Origin: Heteronotia binoei
Lineage: Eukaryota
DNA: 64,000 nucleotides
Direction: 5' to 3'
NCBI RefSeq assembly: GCF_032191835.1
Contig: NC_083232.1
Span: 56,916,001-56,980,000, forward strand
Every line of letters starts with the position of its first letter. The stretch's first letter is position 1. Positions 24,560 to 37,500 of the stretch are shown piece after piece. The notes beneath the pieces are model-generated. The model did not search any database. It saw only the letters and a program-made list of their open reading frames with translations, and was not told the origin of the DNA. The translations under genes and the position numbers were made by a program.

Positions 24560-25060
24560 TGGGTCAGTGTTTTCCAGTCATCATTTTTTATAGCAAAGCC
24601 CATATGTTTTTATGCAAAGGGAGAGGCGAGCGGTGCGGCAAAGTTTGCTTTAATTGTGGCCCAACCGGATTAAAAGATCAGGATCTTTTTTTTTTTTTTT
24701 TAGTGTGTGTCTTGGCCGAGGGAGGGGGGGTGTGGCACATTGGGAGCGGACTATTTTATATCATAATTAATCATCCTCTCTCCGTGGTCCGTGGTCCTGG
24801 CGCACACCCGCCAGCGCACAAACAGGCAGTCCGTCCGCCTTTGATCGGAGACCTTCACATAAAATTATACAATAATTGAAGCAATAAAAAAAAGGAAAAT
24901 AACACTGGCGGCCTACTGTATTTAAATATATATTTATTATATTTCATAAGGAGTTATTGTTTCGGGAGCCACGGGGTTGTTATTAGCGCCGCCGCGACGA
25001 GCCCATTCATTTGCATCGCTGTGTTGCGCAGCAGTAAAAATTTACGAGTGCCTGGAAAGG
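24560..25060. promoter_or_regulatory. Cdx/posterior-Hox motif-rich upstream block of HOXA9
   Basis: TTTTATAG, TTTTATGC, CATAAAA, CAATAAAA and TTTACGAG in an AT-rich block flanked by GC-rich sequence. Confidence 0.45.
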
Positions 25061-27770
25061 TTAAATTATACTATTGTGTTTCGTTTGGGAGCTCACTGTA
25101 AATAACGGTGCGCCGCGTAGTTCAGAGCTAAACCGGGCTGGCGAGGAAAAGTCAAATCCAACCCGCCGCTCCTTCCGAAGGGGAACGCGCCTCCCTCCTC
25201 CTCTCCCTCCTCCCCCTCGCGCAAGAAGCCCCAGCCCCGCAGAGGAGGCTAAGGGAGCTGGGTCGCCCATCGATCCCGACCTTTGCGCCTTGATGGGCCC
25301 CTCGGATCCAAGAGCTTCCAAAGCCACGGCTGGCGATCAGAGAGAGAGTCCCCGCCGCCCAGCCCACCTCCGCCGGGCCCTCCCGGGATCTCAGTCTGTG
25401 CCCCCTCCCCCTCCCCCCCCCCCCGAAATAACTTCCGCAGCAGCAGCAAGCAGATCCCCAGGCAGGGCTGCAGTGCCACCTTCCCGTCCTTGCCACCCGT
25501 GTCCCCTTCTTCACCTGCCCTTATTGGAGGTCGTTTGGGGGAGGTGACAGGTCACCTCTAAAAAATGACTAGCGATCCGCCCTGGGATCCGTAACGCCTG
25601 GGAAGGAGGACTCTCGTGCACGTGGACAAGCCTCCCTCCAAAAAGCAAGCAAGGAAGAGACGTGGACTCTTGCAGGACGCGTAAAGTTGGATGAGGCCCC
25701 TCGATCAAGTTGACTGCGAGGCGGATCCGTGCCGGGCGCTGCCGCCTTCCCTTCGGCCCCCCTCCCCGCTGTGACTCCCCGGTGAAGTGTAACTACGCAT
25801 CCGATCGGGAAGGCATAAAGAACAGCCGTGGCGGACTGTATATTAGCAGAGGAGGGAGAGTTTTCTTTCTTTCTTTGGCATGGCGATTAGTTCCCAAGTC
25901 TGCGTGAAAGCGAATAGAAGGAACAGCCCGTCTTTGCCCCTTGCTGGAGAGGCGCCATTGGCCCCGGCAGGGTTTAATTCGGGGTCTGCCGCGTAATTTT
26001 TTTCCCCAGCAACCGGATCGGAAAGAAAATGTGTAAATAGTTATTTACTTTCCGGCGCCTTCTCTGCATAACACTGGAGCAGTGGAACTGAGCGGAAGGT
26101 TACAGAGGGGGGGGGGGAATAGCCCCAAAGGTGATGCGGCCCTCAGATCAAGTCCAGTGCTGTGAATCCAAGTAATGGTTCCATGTGGGTTGTATCTGAC
26201 GTTTGAATTCATGCCCTTCCCCGGCGGATCCCTTGGCCGCCGTTGCTTCTTTTTCTGGATTTTCAAAGCACTGAGAGCCAACACTGGGCGACGGGGGAGG
26301 GAGAAGGGAATTATTCCCACAATTCTTTTTTTCTTTTATTTTTTCCTTGTTGGTCTGATTCGAACTAGAGGCTGCCAAAGAGTAGGGAAACCGCCGGGCT
26401 AATGAAATGCATGTGTGAAGACACGGCACGCAAAGAAGCATGTTTCTCATTATTTGTACACGGCTGCAGCCCTTGCGGCTTCTTTCGCATCTCCCCGAGA
26501 CCGGAACGCCGAGAGTGTCGGGGAAGCGCTCACATTCCCAGACAGTTTCTGTTCTCATTAGGCCGAGGTCTTCCTGCACATTCCCAGCAACAATTAATGC
26601 TTCCCGGATCGAGACGGGGACGATCCCGAAGAGCGTCGCAAGCGGAAGGCGAGGCGCCCATCTCCCCCCCACCCCTTAAGTTATATCAAAATGCAGACCC
26701 TGGTCTTGTCGAGGGAATTCTGGCCAAATCCTGACTTCAGGGCGGCAGAAGAAAAGTCGCCTTTTCTCGAGACTGTTCATTTCCTGGAGAGAGGGAAGCC
26801 TGACGTCATTTTTGTTTAAAATCGAGAGTCAGCTGTTGTGAAATATGTTGGCAGAACTTCCTTCCTCCTTGAAGGAGAAAAATAATCTGAACAGCAGGAT
26901 CCCAGACTGTTTTCCTTTATTACATTTCGGGTTGGGAGCTGCTGCGGGGGTCCCATTTCTGAACAGCCGCCCCTGAAAACAGCAGCAGCAGAAAAAAGGC
27001 TGTTTACGCTAGAAGAGCAAACTGGCATTTATTTTTATTTTATTTTTTTTAAATCCTAGGTGGGAAACAATGGCTATGAAAGAGCCTCCCTTGTCTGAAA
27101 CAGACTGTCTGGGAAATGAAGGCACCGAAGAGCTGCAACGCGCGGGTGTGTGCTGCCCCTGCCCTCCTCGCTTTTTTCGCGTTTCTCGGTCCGCCGTTAA
27201 CTTGCAGGATTTCCTTATCAGTAGGCTTCGTAATTCAGGTAGGCAATTTCATAAAACAACCACCGTAAGGGTAAAATACGCCGCGGCTCGAGAGGAAGGT
27301 GCGGCTTTGCTCTGGCGTCTTGAAAGGAAAACCCATCCCGGCCCATGTGAATTGCTTCCAAGTAAATACGCTTCGGCTCTGGGAGTTCAGGGATTCGGCT
27401 GTCTGGATTTTGGCCCTCACCCTGAACCCAAATGCTTGGGATTTATTTTCAAGGAATGGGCGGTGAGGATTTCAGCCTTTGCATATAATCAACAAATTCG
27501 GCAAGGCTTTCATTCAAGTGCTGACCTGGATCCACCGAGTCCACCTCAGTTTTCCTTCCAAATAATACATTATATTGCATAATGTGTCCATCGAACACTT
27601 TAAACCATCCCTGGCAACGACGCGAAGAAAGAAAAGCCACAACCGACGTTTTCAAGTGCTGCTTTTTTCTTTCCTTTTTCGCAGATCTTGACGGATAAGA
27701 CCATTCCCAGTCGCATTCGATTGGAAATGTCCCAATTCAATAGAAATACACATCAAAATACTTGTTTAAT

Positions 27771-27805
<35 letters not shown>
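27771..27805. repeat. Interrupted (AC)n microsatellite
   Basis: Read directly. Confidence 0.85.
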
Positions 27806-29338
27806 TCTTTATGCATATGAGGCAAATCGGTGTTTCATATCTGGCTCATTATCTTGTGGCATTCAAGTTCCACATCCCCAGCATCCCCCACCCCCACGAG
27901 CCTGTTTGAGAAGAGGAATTAAATTTGGAGGTGATCAAGGAATCAGGATTTTCCTCGGAACAATTCGGAGGGAAGTCGGACAAGCAGAACCCTTCCAGGC
28001 CTGGCCGGGTCCTCTGCACGCCTTCCCGCGGCCTAAACGAGTATGTCTTCTTAATCCAAGCCTTGGATTAGATATTGAGGAACAAACAGGTACAGGAAGG
28101 CAGGCAGGCAGACAAACATCACACGATATATAGGCCAAGGCTGTCCTGCGCCGTGTTTCTTGTGAGGCTCCCACTGCAAGGCTGAAGACAGGGGGAAAGC
28201 CCTGACCCTCCCGCCCCCACCCAAAAGAGCCCAGAGCAACTCTCCAGTTCCCAGTCTCCTCGCACACACAGCCCCCGCCCCCGCTGTAATGATATAGGCA
28301 ATTGCGAAACCTCCCAAACAGATTCCCGGGGTGGGGAAGCCGAGAAAGGCTATCCCCCGGCCCGACCCCTCTCCCCAAGGACAGGTCTTGTTCATTCACA
28401 CGAGAGGTAAACAGTGCGACTCCGTTGCAACCAAAACGCTGCAGCTCCTGCGCGGGAGACTGTGGCCCAAGACAGGAGAGGGCCCATGCCCAGCCCCGGC
28501 GAGGTTGCTCTGGCTGAGGCCGCCTCCTTGGAATGCGGGCGCCCGGCCTCGTTCCACTCATGGTCATAACCGAGGCCTTGTGAGCCGGAGTGAGCCCGGG
28601 CCTTTCGCCCAATTTTATCTCTCTCTGGGCTCCCCTTGGCCCCATAGATTCCTCATTCTCTCCCCCCACCCTCGCTGCCACAACATTGGAGAAGCCGGCT
28701 GCGTTTGGAGCGAGAAGAGGGGGCAGCCAAGAGGGAAATCCTGAATGCCGCCACTGTCGGCAAAGGGGGTGGGTTGGGGGAGGGAGAAGAAGCGCTCTGT
28801 GTGTGTGTGTGTGTGACCTCAGAAGACAAAATAGCTCAATAAAATATAATGAGAGCGAGAGAGAGGCTGTAGCAAGCCAACAAGCGCGCCACCAGATTGT
28901 CTCTTTACCCAGCTGTGAATAGAGGCCTTTGCACAGTGGAAGAAGATTTCAGGGCAGAGTGGAAAGGTAGAGTAATATCCCTCTTCGCTGTCGTATTAAA
29001 AAAGAGAGAGAAGGCATCATCTCGCGTGCAGAGAGTGAGGAGATTCCTGTAATGCAAAGCGGCCCTGACCTTGAAGGAAATCCTCATGTAACACCCGAGA
29101 ATCCAGTCCTGTGCCTTCCTAGCTAGCGCTGGCAGACTCTCCTGCTCCTTCTCTTATTCCCTACTCCGCTTCGGCTGGAAGGTTAATCTGATCAAGGGTT
29201 GAAGGAAACAATGGCGTTGGACCTTGACGCCTGGAGGAGAGAGCCGGTTTGCCAGATCTCTTCGGAGCTTTAAGGCAGGGTTTTTTGGTTTTGTTTTTGT
29301 TTTACTCCCGCGTTTATTAGACCCGCTTGATGAGTACA

Positions 29339-29426
29339 AACTGAAGTAATTAAGGCAGTTTCGTGCTGTAGAGAGAGAGAGAGCTCCAGCCCCAACAACA
29401 TGAAACTACCTAAATCACCGACCAGT
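29339..29426 (-). ncRNA. MIR196B: miR-196 precursor at the HoxA locus (positional orthologue of mammalian MIR196B); mature 5p 29391-29412
   Basis: Minus strand ACTGGTCGGTGATT-TAGGTAGTTTCATGTTGTTGGG-loop-ACAGCACGAAACTGCCTTAATTACTTCAGTT, between HOXA9 and HOXA10, 5 kb upstream of the HOXA9 ATG. Confidence 0.96.
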
Positions 29427-31487
29427 TCTCAGCCGCCTAATTAAGAGGGCTCCCCATAGCCGCCTTCCTTAGGCAAAAGGATCCCGCTATAAAAAACAAC
29501 AAAATAAATACAAACCAGCAACGTGACTCCAACAGTCCCCCGCTTCCCGCTCCTCCCCCACCCCAGCAGTCGCCATCCCCCTCTGCAGCCCCCCTCTGCC
29601 TTCTCGGTTTTCTTTTTGCTTTTCATTTACTGTTTCAGCAGAAATATCCCTGGCGTTAAATCCTTTTTTTTTTTTTTTTTGAAAAATCCTCGTGTAACTT
29701 AAAAAGGATTAAAAAGGCAGGAGCGGTGGACTCTAACAGTGATTGTAAAAGCAGTCAAAGACTCTCAAGAAAGATGGCCGGGTTCAAAGTCTATTTCTTG
29801 CCTGGAAGAAACAATTGGCTTGGCCATTGACGCTTCCCTCGCTCTCTCTCGCGCGCTCACTCACTCGTTCTCTCTCTCATCCGCTCGCCTTTGTGCCGGG
29901 TCCTTAGCAGACAGGCGGTGATCCTGCAGGCCCTCGAGGCAACTATTCTTGCCTAAGCCAAGCGCATCCGCATGCAGCCAGGTAGGAGACGGACAAACAT
30001 GGCGGACCAGCTGGACGACAAGGAGAAGAGCTAGATCTTCGTTCCCCCGTGCTCACCTTTTCCGATTTCTTTTTGAGCCCTCTAGGCTTTCCTTGGAAAA
30101 TGTAAGATAGCTCAGCCCCTATGCTGGGATAGTCTAAGCTCATTCTCGAGAAATAATTGGGGGGCAAAGAGTAAATAAAACAAACTGGGAAGCCAATCCC
30201 CTACACTCAAAGCAATGGCTCTGGGCTTCCTCCGCCTGTGCAGCAGCTTCTCACTCAACTGAAACCCCTCGTCCAAGACAGCCACAATCCAGATATACTA
30301 GCAAGTCATAAAACTGAACAAAAGCCGACAAACCTTACAGCACCATTGCTATATGGCCCAGACAAATTACGACCGTCTAGGTAATATTTAAATAGATTCC
30401 TAAAGTAATTGCAGGGGACTCGGGCAAAGTATTCCTGTTGTAAAAGTTCTTGGAGATCTAACGTAAGAACCTGAGAATAAACAGTCACAAAACGAGTTTT
30501 TTTTTTCTTCAAAAAGGGGGGGGGGTGATTCCACTTCTTTTTATTTTTCTAAGAGAACATAAAACAGCATCTCCATATTTTTGTTGTAATTGTGATTTTA
30601 GTTCCACGCACAGCAGGATTACAATATTAATTTATTTCCGATTTAAAGTAAGAACGAGAAAGAGCCGTAGCTAACATTTAGAATAACGATATAGAATGCA
30701 TTTGCTTCCAACAGTCTCGGCATTTTAATAATATTAATAATATTAATATTAATAGACATTTATACATATCTGTATTTATAGATATTTTCTTCTCTCTTTT
30801 TTGCACTACACGCTTGACCTTCTCAACGCATGTAACTTCACAGTATCAAAGAAAATTGGGCAGCCTTCCCCCTCGCTCTCTGGCCGAAAATGGTTCTGAT
30901 GGAATATATATAGCAGAATATGTATACCAAAACACACCGCTTCACAGACAGAAGAAAGCGATTTCGTGTCGTTTTCCTCCAAGACGTGGAAGACGAGTCT
31001 TTTACATTTCTGTATGTGCTTGTTCCGCATAACTAGGGATCACCCAATCTATTCAGAATAAAGAAGTCTTTACCTATAGCCAGAATGTGTTTATTCAGAC
31101 AAATAAAAAAGACAAACTTTTCCCTATCTTTCATTGGGGAGGAGCGTTTTAGGGTCTCCCTTTTGTGGAAGTTGGAAACCCGAAGTGGTCAGCTAAACGT
31201 GCGCTCAATATAAGCGGCGACAACCGCCCCCCCCCCCCCCCACACTAAAGCAGCGGTGTGACCAAATTTTAATGATCGAAACCTACCCTCAACCCAATCC
31301 ACAGATTCATCTTATTATTGGAGGGGGTGGGAATACAAATTGCCTTCCCGTTTGGCTCAGTTTTCTAAAGGAAGGAAAGCAGTACCTAGGGTTCTGGAAA
31401 TGCTGTTTCTCAGCCTCAGAGTTTTCAAGACCCAAGAATGAAACAAGGGCGATACAAGAGAGGGGGGGGGGAGGCGATGTGCATCAT

Positions 31488-31495
31488 TATGGCTT
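31488..31495 (-). promoter_or_regulatory. miR-135 8mer site in HOXA10 3'UTR
   Basis: Plus strand TATGGCTT equals AAGCCAUA in the mRNA. miR-135 regulation of HOXA10 is reported in human endometrium. Confidence 0.6.
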
Positions 31496-31617
31496 TATCC
31501 CAACAAAAGCAATGACCAAGAGGCTACGGAGGGGCTGAGGGGAAAAAACCAAAACAAAACCAAATGTCATCGAAACGTTCAAATCCATACAGGTGCGAGT
31601 TAGCTAAAGCCTAGAGG

Positions 31618-31647
31618 CAAACAAAACAAAACAAAACAAAACAAAAA
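31618..31647. repeat. (CAAAA)n repeat in HOXA10 3'UTR
   Basis: Read directly. Confidence 0.8.
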
Positions 31648-31703
31648 CCCCAAACCACAACGTTTCTGGCTCTTGAACCCGTGGAGGGGCGCTTGTCGGT
31701 TCA

Positions 31704-31978
31704 TCAAGAGAAATTAAAGTTGGCTGTGAGCTCCCGGATCCTATTCTCTCTGTTCATTTTCTTCAGTTTCATCCGGCGGTTCTGAAACCAGATCTTCACT
31801 TGTCTGTCTGTGAGGTGGACTGTGCGGCTGATCTCTAGGCGACGCTCACGAGTCAGGTACATATTGAAGAGAAACTCCTTCTCCAGCTCCAGGGTCTGGT
31901 GCTTGGTATAAGGGCACCGTTTCTTTCGGCCACTTTTTGCAGTGAGCCAGTTGGCTGCATTCTCTCCTTTGGAATTGC
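31704..31978 (-). CDS. HOXA10: Hox-A10 exon 2 (homeodomain)
   Basis: Acceptor TAG|GC AAT at 31979/31978. (G)[93 protein letters not shown] at 31704-31706. Confidence 0.98.
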
Positions 31979-33541
31979 CTAGTTTTGAGGAAAATAAGAG
32001 AGGGACGTTACCAAGAGACGCCAGGAAAGAGGGAGAGGTAGGGACCCACGAGGGCCCAGTGCCTCTAAGGGGGGTTCAGTGAAAGCGGGTCTTCTTCTGT
32101 GGGCACCAGTTCCCGCTTCTAATGGCCCCTTCGGGGTCCCTCTAGCCTCCCTAGACCGCAGCCAGAACATCCCCGCCTAAGGACTTGGTTCCCCTTCGCT
32201 GGCCTGAAAAAGCTCGTTTTTGGAGTTGACGCCGATCCTGGCCAGTGCCTTTGGCAGTGGCGTCCTGCCGGTCCCCGATTTTCCTTTCAGCTGAAGGCTT
32301 CGCTCCTCAGGCGCTTGATTCAAGGCAAAAAGCCGGAATATCTGGATATTTATCAACTCGGAGGCGCTACTAAATCAAAAACCGCTCCGCTGATAATCGA
32401 AGTCTGACCAACGCCAGTCCAATCAATTAAAGCTGGAATTTCAGGTACCCTGACTTACTCGGGCGTGAAACCAGTTTCATTCAGCAGGACATACCTGCTG
32501 TCGGACTATAAATTCCCTTTGTCTGTGTTATGACTTCTGGGGCATTTAGTGTAGGACAGTTAGTTTCCATCATCCAGCAGTGAAATCTCTCTGTTTGTAC
32601 TTCTATGTGGGAGACAAAAAATAGCTCCCATCTTTCTATAGATACCCAACGGCTACCCAGGTCACATCAGAGAGCAGACATGTTGTGGCACCCTAAAGGC
32701 GATAAATGGAAATATTTTTTGTTTAAATTAAGAACGTAATAACCTCGCTTTTAAGGTACCATAAGATTTCAGTATGTTTTTACACCTAACTTACCGTACA
32801 TCTCAGTAATTACAGCCTCAGAATCGCGAGTGACCAATAAGCAGAATACCCTCTCTGAAGACAGTTTTTAGATTTCTTTTCAAGAAGGGGAGGGGGAATA
32901 ATGCACCGGAAATCTTTTCCGGCCCCAGCCCCACAGAACTGGATGGGTACTGAACAGGATCCCGGAGGGGGGGAGGCTCGTGCACAGCTCCCTCTGGCCC
33001 TGGAGCAGAAGGTCCCAAATACGTTGCCCCCAGCCTATATTCATAACAGCAGCCCTTGTTCTGCGTTGAAGGACATTCGCCCCGCCTGATTTGATAGCAC
33101 TTCATAGAAGGAGGATTTCAGCCCAGCTGCTTTCTTTTCAAAGAGGCATTCAGGATCGTAAACTAGAACTTAGCCTGTTAATGGGTTTATTTATTGGCAC
33201 CGGCCTCTTGCTTACTTTGGACGCTCTACAAACATCCATGTTATCTCTTCAGGCCCCTCAGCCTCACAGGGGCCGAGGAGGGGCGCTTCCCACCCCCACC
33301 CGGTTTTGCTGCGCCCTGATTTCGCCTCCGGCCCAGGGCATTGCTGTTCAGGCACTGGAAGGCAGGGCATCAGCAGCACAGAAGCATGGCCTCAATATCT
33401 ACATTGCCTCTCAGCTCCCAGACAGGCACGGGCGGTTCAGGAGGTCAATTTGAGGGGCTTTGTCTGCCAAGCGCCGGTCCAGCGCTAGTTCCACGGCTGA
33501 TCCTGTCTGGCTCCGGAGTGCGGGTTTTTAGTTTTGCTTAC

Positions 33542-34520
33542 CTAGGCTTTCCTTCTCCGGGGAGGGTTTGCTGCTCTCCGAAGGAGCCGGGGAGAGTTCT
33601 TCTGCGGCCGAGGAGGACGCCGGCCCTTCGTCCTCCCCCCTTTGGGAGACACAAGCCAAAGTGGCGGGTGGGGAGGACTCTTCGCTCTCTTTCCTCGGGG
33701 TTTCTGGCTGCGGGACTGCCGGAGGCGTCTCAAAGCGCACAGGGGGCTGCGGGGCGAACTGGGAAGCGACCAAGTGTCCCGGGTGCTGGAGATGCTGCGG
33801 CGGCTGCTGCTGGTGGTGTGGGTGTTGATGGTGGTGGTGACTGTTGTAGCCGCCGCCCCCGCCGCTCTTGGCCACGGTGCCATAGGCTTGAGACAGGCGG
33901 AAGTAGCCTGGCACGGGCACCCCGGCGGCGGTCACGTTGTTCATGGAGCAGACCTCCGAGTTTAGCCTGGGGAAAGTCGACAGGTCGGTGGCCGCCGCCT
34001 CTTTGGGGCCTTTGTCGGAGTCATAGAGGCAGTAGGAGTTCTCCTCTTTAATGCTGGGAGCTAAAGAGCAGGAGGTCGCCTGCGGGCTTTCCGGCTCTTC
34101 CATGCGGCAAGATCTTGGGGGATCTAGCCAGACTTCCATCCCTGACATGTAGGAGTGAGAAGGTGGGACAATGCTTTGAGGAGGACCTTCATTGCGTTTG
34201 CCCAGCACGGGGAAAAGTCCGTAGCTTTGCAACCCATAGGACAGATCGGACGTCTGTGGCAGGTAGACACTACTGTTGTTGGGATAGTAGCCGCCGCCGC
34301 TGCCTCCGCCTCCTCCAACTCCAACTCCACCGCCACCGCCGCCGCCTCCTCCTCCTCCTCCACCACCACCACCACCACCTCCTCCTCCTCCTTCCCCTCT
34401 GCCTGAGGCTGAGCTGATCAAGGAGTCCACCAAAAAAGAGTTTGCAGCCGGGCTTTCCGAGCATGCCATTGTCGGGGAATAATTTGGCGAAGAGAGCAGA
34501 TAGCCCTTTCTGGCTGACAT
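33542..34520 (-). CDS. HOXA10: Hox-A10 exon 1
   Basis: MSARKGYLLSSPNYSPTMACSESPAANSFLVDSLIS...IKEE...PVPGYFRLSQAYG...ELSPAPSESSK. Second ATG at 34469 has stronger Kozak context. Donor CTAG|GTAAGC at 33542/33541, 979 nt, phase 1. Confidence 0.97.
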
Positions 34521-34536
34521 TTCTTGTGCAAAACAT
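34270..34536 (-). other. Out-of-frame uORF overlapping both HOXA10 start codons (88 aa, MFCTRNVSQKG...)
   Basis: ATG at 34536, 16 nt upstream of the main ATG, open to 34270 in the supplied ORF track. Confidence 0.5.
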
Positions 34537-37500
34537 GCTGAATATGATTAGAGATACCCCCGCGCCACGGCAAGTGCGTGCAGCCAATGGAAAACCGGCC
34601 TCCACCACCAACCCCTCCCAGTTTGGTTTCGTAGGCACTGAGCTGCTCCTCAGGGCGACTTCTGAATTTCCAATATATCTATATCTGTGTATTATGTAGG
34701 TATAAATACAGATATATTCTGTGTAATCGATGTCCCCGCACGGTTGCAGGAGCCTGCCTCCAGAGAAGGGACGAAGCCCGGAGCCTGCAGCTGCAAACCC
34801 AGCCGGGACAGGGTGTGTGTGTGTGTGGGGGGGGGGGGGATTCGAAAACAATTTGCTTGATTTTAATGGGACCCATAATTTAGGAAGCACCTATCAGCAT
34901 ACGTGCTAATGTCATAATGCGAAAGAGCAGGACAGTTATAGTCTTCTGTACCTGAAGTTTGTATCGTTTCTGTTCCTTACCTTTCCAGAATTCTTCTTGG
35001 TCTTGGTCAGGGTCTGCCTTTGATGGGATTAATAAAGCCACCAAGCCCCAGTATATGGGGCTAGGGTCTGGGACATGCCTTTGCTTACCTACTTTAGTTT
35101 TTGAGGGATGGCGCTGGGGTGGATTCTGCATCGCGGGCCCCCAAGGGTTCTGAACCAACCTGGCCTCCTCAAGAGCACTGAAGGGTTACGGACATTATAA
35201 AGGCACTGAATGACTCCTCCAAATGTCAGCTACTGTAACGGAGAGAAAGCTCATGCTTTTTGAGGCGGACTTGCACCGGAGTCCTTATGCCTGCATTATA
35301 CAAACGCAGGTCTCACTATGTTCAGTAGCGGCGCGGGAGGCGGGGGGTGTTACTTGCCCCCTAAGTGTGCATAGGCTCGTGGTCTCGGAGGTGAAGTGTC
35401 TTTTGATTCCAAAATGTTGAGCAGCAATGAAACCATTCTGTCTGGGGTCGCAGCAGGAACATTAAGAATGGGACCCGGGCATTTCATAAGCCCTTTTGAG
35501 TACAAATAGAATCTAATATGATATCACTTCTATACACACAGAGAGGGAGATAATTAAAGAGTTGATCGCCTGCAAATTTTCCTTCCGTGTCCTCGTTTGG
35601 ACAATTTAGTGTACTCTGTTCTCCTTTGCAAATCTCTGCCTATCCGTAACAGTCTAAGAAGCACTGCTAGAGGGTGCCCTGTCTGTATTTGTGGCGAAGA
35701 CACCAGACAGCCAGCAGACAGCCTGGGAAGCCGACAGACAGGCAGATGGATTTTTCTGCAGGAGAAGCGAAAGAGGGGATGCAATCCTGGTGCTGTTCTG
35801 AAATCGTATAAACTGTCCAGGGACAGTAACGCCTTATATACATATTACAGACATGCATGTATATGAAAGTATCCTCCCTCCCTCCCCTTTTCACGCGGGA
35901 AGACTACAGATTCGTGCTTGGCGTGTTCCTGCTCCAAACCGCCCCAGCTGGTCGGACTTAAATGATGGTCCGCGTCTGCTCCCAAGCGAGTAAGAATATT
36001 CTTTTGATCAATTCAATATTGTTCAATAAATCTTCCTCCGGGTTCCGTTTTGGCACCCTGTTCTCCAGCCATTAAAGCCTTCCGAAGCGCTAAGGATGCC
36101 AGGGGGATCGGGGAAGCCGGCTTCTGCCCCAGCCTCACCGCGGATGGGCAATGGCTTCCAGACCTTCTCCTCTCTCCCACGGCGCTTACCCTTGGCGTTC
36201 AGACCATGCAGCCAGGGCCCCTGTGGGATCGCCAAATGCCATCCCTGCCTCACCAGCAGCAGCAACACAAACCATCTGTCAAGCTTAAGGTTGCTTTTGC
36301 TTTGCCTACAGTCGGGACCCGACCTCCACCCCCCCCCCCCCCGCCGGTTGCCCTTCTCCCCACAGAGGCTGGCTATTCTCAAGCGGCACGCAAGACAACA
36401 GGGCGCAAAAGGGAGTTTCTCCAGGCAAGGCAAAATGGAGGAGAGGCCCTCTTGAGGTTCTGCAGTGGTCGGCCGGAAGCCTGGTGGAGCTTGTGGCAAC
36501 TTTTGCCGGCCTCGTAAAGTCCTTTATGGAAAAGCAAAGCCTCTCCCTTAAACTTGGACCCCTTCCTCCCCTCTCCGCCACTGCTAACCCGCCAAGAATT
36601 ATTTCACCGCCTTCAGCGTCTAAAGGCCTCCAGCAGAACGCAGCCATCCAAGCCCACCAGAAACAGCAACCCAGTAGCCTGTAGAAACAATCTCCATCTT
36701 TTTCTTCCCCCTCGCGCCCCCTCCTTGTGGTAATATTGTTTGTATGTCCCCAAGCTCGATTTACCATACAATGTGTTAATGTGTAGCGAACAGGCCCTTA
36801 TCAGATTCCTAGGAGGGCCGTATCAACTGCTAACAAAATGGATGCCATATAAGGAACTGTTTTATTGGCTAGTAGATGGGAGCCCTATTATCAATAGGCT
36901 TAGCGTTGCAAATACAGATCTAAATATAATGAAATCGGACCCGCCCTCGGCCCAGTTTCGCCCTCACCTTCCAAAGGCTTTTCTTGCCTCGCATCCGGAA
37001 TATTAAAAAACACCATTCGCCCTGGGAAAAGCCCATTTCTTGGCCCGGCGTGTTTGTTTCCCTCAACAGTTTTCCATTTGCCAGATAAAATAGAAATGAG
37101 TCTCAAGCTTTAAAAACCTTTACGGAAATCCTTTCCAAGTTATTAAAATAATGCTTAAGAAAACCCAACTCTTACCCCGGCTACCTTGGTAAAAGGAGGG
37201 GCCTATTGGGCTGAAGAGAGGGAGGTGAAGGGAAAGGCTGTAAACGTCTGTAAAATCCTTCCCAGTCTAAATAAAACGATGGCGAATTTATAGACTCTGT
37301 TGGGAAGGCCTTTAAAAAGAGTGAGTGCAGAAGGGGAGACAAGAGAGGCGACGGATGGGTCTATCAATGTCCAGGAGTCACATTTTTAAGGAATGGAAAT
37401 CCCCAGATACACACCTCGGATGCCTGGCCAGTCCTTTGCGGAGTAACTCCAATCTAAACCCATTCGGATCGATAGGCTTGGACCGGTGTGACTCCGCATG

